NCBI GenBank assembly: GCA_963785755.1
Contig: CAWAXG010000025.1
Coordinates: 42,613 to 106,612, forward strand
From: an uncultured Acidobacteriota bacterium
Lineage (GTDB): Bacteria; Acidobacteriota; Vicinamibacteria; Vicinamibacterales; 2-12-FULL-66-21
Length of the DNA stretch: 64,000 nt
Direction of reading: 5' to 3'
Shown here: positions 58,915 to 64,000 of the stretch, piece after piece
Layout: the number at the start of each line of letters is the position of its first letter
Position numbering within the stretch: the first letter of the stretch is position 1
Program-made: the position numbers and the translations under genes
Notes under the pieces: generated by a model
Told to the model about the DNA's origin: nothing
Database searches by the model: none
Seen by the model: only the letters and a program-made list of their open reading frames with translations

Positions 58915-61713
58915 ATGGCTCAAAGGAAGCGGGGCTGGATCTCATCCGTGCTCGCTGTCGCGGCGGCGTGTGTCCTGTGGCCGGCAGCCGGACTCGCGCA
59001 GGGTGTCACCGGAGCGCTCATCGGCACGGTTCGGAGTGCGGATGGCGGGGTAATTTCAGGGGCAACGGCGCGCCTCGAATCGCCCGCGCTGATTGGCGGA
59101 CCACGGAGCGTCACGACGAACGACCGGGGACACCTCCGTTTTGTCAGCCTGCCGCCTGGCCTGTACACCCTCGAGATCGCGATGGCCGGATTCGCAACCT
59201 ACCGCGGCGAACGCATCGAAGTGGGCGCCGGTGAAACAGTCGAGAGAACGGTCCGGTTGCCCCTGGCGGGGTTCGCCGCATCCATCGTCGTGGAGGGAGC
59301 AGGCACGCGGATCGAGGCTCGCAACGCGGGATTCGGCACGCGCTTCGGCGCCGACGACCTCAGGAGGATTCCGACGCGCCGCGCGAGCATGTTCGACCCC
59401 ATCCGCACCGCTCCGGGTATCTCTCCCACGTCGCCCTCGAGCGCGACCGTGAGCACGATCTCCGCGTTTGGTTCGGGTACCAACGAAAACATTTTCCTCA
59501 TCGATGGCACGAACTTCACGTGTTCCTGCAACGGGATCGCGCGGTCGGAGCCCGGCATCGATTTCATCGAAGAAGTCCACGTGCAGTCGGTGGGGGCGTC
59601 AGCCGAGTTCGGCAACGTCCAGGGAGCCGTCATCAACGTCGTCACCGCCCAGGGAAGCGACCGCTTTCTCGTTGGCAGTTCGTACTATGGCCAGTGGTCG
59701 GGCCTGACGAGTCAACCGGTTCGAATCCCGATCACCCCTGGTCAAGGAGAGAGCGGATACGAGCGCGCCAGATACCGTGACTTCACGGCGAGCGCCGGCG
59801 GCCCCGCCTTGCGTAACCGGCTGTGGTTCTTCGCGGGACATCATCGTCTTCGGGACTACGACAGTCAGCCGGGCACCGATCCGCGATTCCCGAGGACGAA
59901 CCAGCAGGACAAGGTCATCGGAAAGTTGACCTGGAAGCCCGCCTCCGATTGGCACGTCGTCTCGAGCCTGTACTACGAGCACTGGGTCGTGCCCGAACAA
60001 CCAACGGCGGCCAAGCCGTTCGCCGCGACGTCGCGGCGAAGCGCTTCCGTTCCGGCGTGGACCTTTGGCCATCTGACGCATACATGGACTGCCAATACGG
60101 TATGGGACGTGCGTGTGGGACGATTCGCCTACAACCAACGAGACGACCCGAGCAGCGGCGATCCCTCAATTCCAGGCCGGACTGACAACGCAAGGGGGAC
60201 CTCGAGCGGCGCGCCCTCAACGCTTGGCGGACCCACGATCGCCAGAACCACCGGCAAAGCGACCATCACCCATTACCGGCCGGCGTTGATGGGGGGCGAT
60301 CATCAATGGAAGGCGGGTGTCCAGGTCGAAAAGGGGGACCACCACTCGATCAGCTTTCTCCCAGGTGGCCGGCGATTTCTTGATGTCAACGGCGAACCAT
60401 CAGAGGTTGTCACGAGCCCGCCCTCGCACATCGGCGCGTATTTCGTGACCGCGGCCGCGTTCGCGAGCGACGCCTTCACGATTGGCGATCGAATGACGAT
60501 CAATGCGGGCATTCGCTTCGACCATCACCGCGCCGGCAGCCAGGACCTGCCCGCAATCGACGCCAGCGGAGGTGAGACCGACGTGATCATCCGCGGCCTG
60601 GGCACGCTGTATACATGGAACCTGTGGTCACCACGGCTCGGATGGATCCTGAAACTCTCCGCTGATTCGCGCTCGATGCTCCGCGCGAGCTACGGGCGGT
60701 TCAGCCAGGGGGTGCTGACCGGCGAGATCCAGCCTTTCCACCCGGGTGCGATGCCGACGACGACGACCGCGTTTTCCACGGCGACCGGTGATTATTCGGG
60801 TCCCTCGCGCACGGTCGATCCCATGACCAACGTGGCATTCGACCCCTCGACGCGCGCGCCGTACACCAATGAGCTCTCCGTCTCAGTCGATCGCCAGGTT
60901 AGCGACCACGTCGCCGTTACCGTTGCCTACGTGCGAAAGGACGGCCGCGACTTTATCGGGTGGACCGACATCGGCGGCCGATATGTCGAGCAGTTGAGGG
61001 TGCTGCCGGATGGCCGGTCGCTGACGGTGTTTGCGCTCGACAACCTGGCGGACGACCGGCGCTTTCTGCTGACGAATCCGTCGGGTTACGAATTGACCTA
61101 CAACGGACTCGTGACGGTCGTCGAGAAACGGCGATCCGGTATCTGGCAGGCGTTCGGCTCGTACACCTGGTCGCGCGCGTCCGGCCTGCAGCCGTCGAGC
61201 GGAACGAACGCCGCCGGCGCGCAGGTGAGTACGGTCGCTCCCCCACCGGCGCCGAACGGTCTCACATTCGGACGCGATCCCAACGATCTGACCAACGCCC
61301 GCGGCAGGCTGCCGAACGATCGGCCGCACGTCTTCCGGATGATGGGCAGCATCGACCTGCCGCGTACGCAGATCACGATCGCCGGCAACTTTCAGCATTT
61401 CAGCGGCAAGCCGTGGGCGGATTCCACATTGGTGGAAACGCCGCAAAACCGCCAGCAACGGGTGTTGCTGGAGCCGCGCGGCTCTCGCCGGCTGTCCTCG
61501 CAATCGCTGCTCGACCTGCGGATCTCCAGACCCTTCACCGTCGCCGGGCTCGGCCGGGTGGATTTGCTGGCAGACGTCCTGAACCTGCTCAACGACACGG
61601 CGGAGGAGGCCCTGCAGACAGACGTTCGATTCAACTCGAATTTCGGCCGGCCGATCACCTTCATAGATCCGCGCCGTCTGATGATCGGCGTGCGAGTCAA
61701 CCTGGGCCGCTGA
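58915..61713 (+). CDS. TonB-dependent receptor with carboxypeptidase-regulatory-like N-domain (Oar-like)
   Basis: Signal peptide, LPPGLYTL, plug (SAEFG..QGAVINVVT), WSPRLG, DVLNLLN, PRRLMIGVRVNL. Confidence 0.93.
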   Translation: MAQRKRGWISSVLAVAAACVLWPAAGLAQGVTGALIGTVRSADGGVISGATARLESPALIGGPRSVTTNDRGHLRFVSLPPGLYTLEIAMAGFATYRGERIEVGAGETVERTVRLPLAGFAASIVVEGAGTRIEARNAGFGTRFGADDLRRIPTRRASMFDPIRTAPGISPTSPSSATVSTISAFGSGTNENIFLIDGTNFTCSCNGIARSEPGIDFIEEVHVQSVGASAEFGNVQGAVINVVTAQGSDRFLVGSSYYGQWSGLTSQPVRIPITPGQGESGYERARYRDFTASAGGPALRNRLWFFAGHHRLRDYDSQPGTDPRFPRTNQQDKVIGKLTWKPASDWHVVSSLYYEHWVVPEQPTAAKPFAATSRRSASVPAWTFGHLTHTWTANTVWDVRVGRFAYNQRDDPSSGDPSIPGRTDNARGTSSGAPSTLGGPTIARTTGKATITHYRPALMGGDHQWKAGVQVEKGDHHSISFLPGGRRFLDVNGEPSEVVTSPPSHIGAYFVTAAAFASDAFTIGDRMTINAGIRFDHHRAGSQDLPAIDASGGETDVIIRGLGTLYTWNLWSPRLGWILKLSADSRSMLRASYGRFSQGVLTGEIQPFHPGAMPTTTTAFSTATGDYSGPSRTVDPMTNVAFDPSTRAPYTNELSVSVDRQVSDHVAVTVAYVRKDGRDFIGWTDIGGRYVEQLRVLPDGRSLTVFALDNLADDRRFLLTNPSGYELTYNGLVTVVEKRRSGIWQAFGSYTWSRASGLQPSSGTNAAGAQVSTVAPPPAPNGLTFGRDPNDLTNARGRLPNDRPHVFRMMGSIDLPRTQITIAGNFQHFSGKPWADSTLVETPQNRQQRVLLEPRGSRRLSSQSLLDLRISRPFTVAGLGRVDLLADVLNLLNDTAEEALQTDVRFNSNFGRPITFIDPRRLMIGVRVNLGR

Positions 61714-61714
61714 C

Positions 61715-64000
61715 ATGCAGGGATTCGTCGGAGACTTGAGACTCGCTGCCCGTCGCCTGGCGGCTACGCCGCTGTTCAGCATTTTCGCCGTCATGTCGCT
61801 GGCGGTCGGCGTCGGGCTCACGACTGCGGTCTACTCCATCGTCGATTCCATCTTCCTGCGAGACACGGGAATCCGCGATCCCGATCGCCTTCTATTCGTC
61901 GTGACGCCCTACGACGGCCGAATGTTGAAAGGGTTCATCTCCGTCCCCGAGTTTCACCATCTGCGCCTCACTCAGACTTCGTTTCGCGACATCTCCGCGT
62001 CGACAACGTTCCATCCTCCCGTCGTGCTTCCGTCAGGGACCGAGCTGCTGCAGACAGAAGCGGTCGTCGGGAATTACTTTTCGACCGTCGGAATTGATGC
62101 AGCGATTGGCAGGACCATCCAGACGGAGGACGATGAGGAACGTGCGAGGGTTGTCGTCCTGAGCCACTCGCTGTGGCGTTCGCGCTTCGGCGCGGATCGG
62201 GGGATCGTCGGACGCACGATCCGCATATCCGGCGAGCCATTCGAGATTATTGGCGTCGTGGCGGCGCCCTTCGAAGGGGCGAGCGGTGGAGTGCCCGGCA
62301 CAAGGGTCTGGATTCCCCTGGGCGTGTCGGTTACTGCCCCTCGCGAAGACCATTTGCTCGTGTTCGGACGCCTCGCTTTGACGCGAACGACAGACACGGC
62401 GTCCGCGGAGCTTGGCGCGATCGCGGCTAATCTGGACGGCATAATGCCGTTGAGCCCGGCGCGGCCGATGGAACGACGCTGGAAAGCGAAGTCGATCACG
62501 GCGATCACGCAGGACGACACGCTCGTCCGCCGAGCCGGCCTGACGATCGTCTCGCTGGTGGTCCTCGTTCTGGCCGTCGCCTGCACGAACCTGGCGAATC
62601 TGGTGCTCGCGCGTGGCACGACGAGGCAGTCGGAGATTGCCGTCCGCCGGGCGCTCGGCGCATCGCGCTGGCGGCTCGTGCGGGAACAATCGGCCGAAAG
62701 TCTCATTATTGCGATCGCCGGCGCCGCGGCTGCGGCGCTCGTGTTTCAGTACCTGCGCGCACTGTTCGATGTCGAGCTGAACGTTCCGCTCCCGATGGGA
62801 GGGCACTGGACGCTGGCGATTCAGCCCGTACTCAACGTCGCGACGTTGGGTATTGCCGTATCAGCGCTGATGACATCGTTGGTTGTCTTCGGCATCGAGC
62901 CCGCCGTGCAGCTCACCCGGGCGAGCGACATAAGGGGACTGCTGGCTGCGAGCACGGGCGGTGCGGCGAACCCGAGGAAGCGCCGCCAGCGAATGCTGCT
63001 GCGCTGGCAGATCGCCGTCGCCGCCGGATTCTTCATCATCGCGACGATGTTCGTGAAGTACACGATCGAGGAGGCGCGGCACGACTCAGGCATCGCGATT
63101 GGTCAGCTTGGTGTAGCCGTCGTCGACATCCACGCGCAGCAGTGGGGCGCCCCGCGCATGCGGCGCACGGTCGAGCGCGTCGTCGAAATAGCGAAACAGG
63201 ATCCCGCCGTGGAGGCGGTGTCCATCTCGAGCGGAATGCCCTATGGAGTGCCCACGCAGAACGGCGTGACACTCGCCCTTCCAGGGGTATCCCTCGATGA
63301 TCCGAGCGGCGGCTACAAAGTCACCGCGATTCGGGCCACACCATCCATCTTCCGGGTCCTCGGTGTGCCAATCGTGCGCGGCCGCGGTTTCAATGAGCTT
63401 GACCTGGTTGCCGCTGCTCCGGTGGTCGTCTTGAGCGACTTCGCGGCACGTCGCGTCTTTCGAACGGCTGATGCTGTCGGACAACCGGTGCGCGTCCAGC
63501 GTCAGCACTCGGCTGCGATTACGGCGACGGTGATTGGGCTTGCCCGCGACACCGACGTCGGGCAAATGCTCGGCGAGCCACGTGGTCTCGTCTATCTGCC
63601 GTGGACGTCGTCTGATGATCCGTTTCTGACAATTGGCGTGCGTTCGACGGCCGGCGCGTCCGCAGCCGTGCGCACGCTGCGGAAAGCGCTGCGTAACGCA
63701 GATCCGGACCTCGCCGTTGACGCCATCGGAACAGGCCGCACCATGCTTGCGGGTCCGTACGTATTCTTGCGGGCGGCGGGTATGGCTGCCCTCGCGCTGG
63801 GAATGGTGACACTACTGCTCGCCATGGTGGGCCTCTTCGGGATCCAATCCCACATCGTTGCGAACCGAACCCGTGAGATCGGCGTCAGGATGTCGCTCGG
63901 AGCCACGGCGTCAGAGATCAAGATGATGGTGCTGAAAGAGGGCTGTCGGCCGGTCTTCGAAGGGCTGGCCATTGGCCTTTTCATGGGGTTCGCCGGCCGG
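61715..64000 (+). CDS. ABC transporter permease, ADOP type (3' truncated by window; absent from the ORF track)
   Basis: MQGFVGDLRLAARRLAATPLFSIFAVMSLAVGVG..., VLAVACTNLANL, EIAVRRALGASRWRLVRE, RTREIGVRMSLGA; still in frame at the window end. Confidence 0.92.
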   Translation, partial: MQGFVGDLRLAARRLAATPLFSIFAVMSLAVGVGLTTAVYSIVDSIFLRDTGIRDPDRLLFVVTPYDGRMLKGFISVPEFHHLRLTQTSFRDISASTTFHPPVVLPSGTELLQTEAVVGNYFSTVGIDAAIGRTIQTEDDEERARVVVLSHSLWRSRFGADRGIVGRTIRISGEPFEIIGVVAAPFEGASGGVPGTRVWIPLGVSVTAPREDHLLVFGRLALTRTTDTASAELGAIAANLDGIMPLSPARPMERRWKAKSITAITQDDTLVRRAGLTIVSLVVLVLAVACTNLANLVLARGTTRQSEIAVRRALGASRWRLVREQSAESLIIAIAGAAAAALVFQYLRALFDVELNVPLPMGGHWTLAIQPVLNVATLGIAVSALMTSLVVFGIEPAVQLTRASDIRGLLAASTGGAANPRKRRQRMLLRWQIAVAAGFFIIATMFVKYTIEEARHDSGIAIGQLGVAVVDIHAQQWGAPRMRRTVERVVEIAKQDPAVEAVSISSGMPYGVPTQNGVTLALPGVSLDDPSGGYKVTAIRATPSIFRVLGVPIVRGRGFNELDLVAAAPVVVLSDFAARRVFRTADAVGQPVRVQRQHSAAITATVIGLARDTDVGQMLGEPRGLVYLPWTSSDDPFLTIGVRSTAGASAAVRTLRKALRNADPDLAVDAIGTGRTMLAGPYVFLRAAGMAALALGMVTLLLAMVGLFGIQSHIVANRTREIGVRMSLGATASEIKMMVLKEGCRPVFEGLAIGLFMGFAGR

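Noticed and set aside
59718-59730. GGTTCGAATCCC, a tRNA T-arm-like motif
   Set aside because: Lies inside the TonB receptor CDS; no acceptor stem, D-arm or anticodon arm.
1-64000. Prophage, integron, IS element or multi-gene defence island
   Set aside because: No integrase, transposase, phage structural gene or defence nuclease recognised; only two stand-alone TA pairs.

Overview
GC-rich bacterial chromosomal segment. The gene repertoire suggests Acidobacteriota of the Vicinamibacterales/Luteitalea type (inference): three ADOP-type duplicated ABC permeases, Hanks Ser/Thr kinases with TolB-like or FGE/hydrolase tails, acidobacterial VWA proteins, a PVC-type CxxCH protein, a TonB-dependent receptor and DUF6178. 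About 50 genes, mostly accessory (transport, hydrolases, signalling). It includes two toxin-antitoxin pairs (Xre/MbcA-RES and FitA/VapB-VapC), PPK2, a cold-shock protein, an S1-like paralogue and an orphan flavin-dependent halogenase-like enzyme. I found no rRNA, tRNA, CRISPR array, transposase or integrase. At least 11 genes carry single-base frameshifts, most likely long-read indel errors rather than true pseudogenes. The strongest unexplained signals are: (i) a family of long intergenic palindromes (70-400 bp) built from nested layers of different 7-10-mer tandem repeats around a loop-less centre, best seen at 56083-56478, one of which abuts a truncated phoD remnant; (ii) three tiny Cys-rich, probably Zn-binding ORFs beside a Crp regulator, one missed by the ORF track; (iii) repeated leaderless-mRNA promoter geometry; (iv) ADOP permeases linked to a TonB receptor and to the halogenase-like gene. 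No single confirmed novel system can be claimed from the sequence alone.
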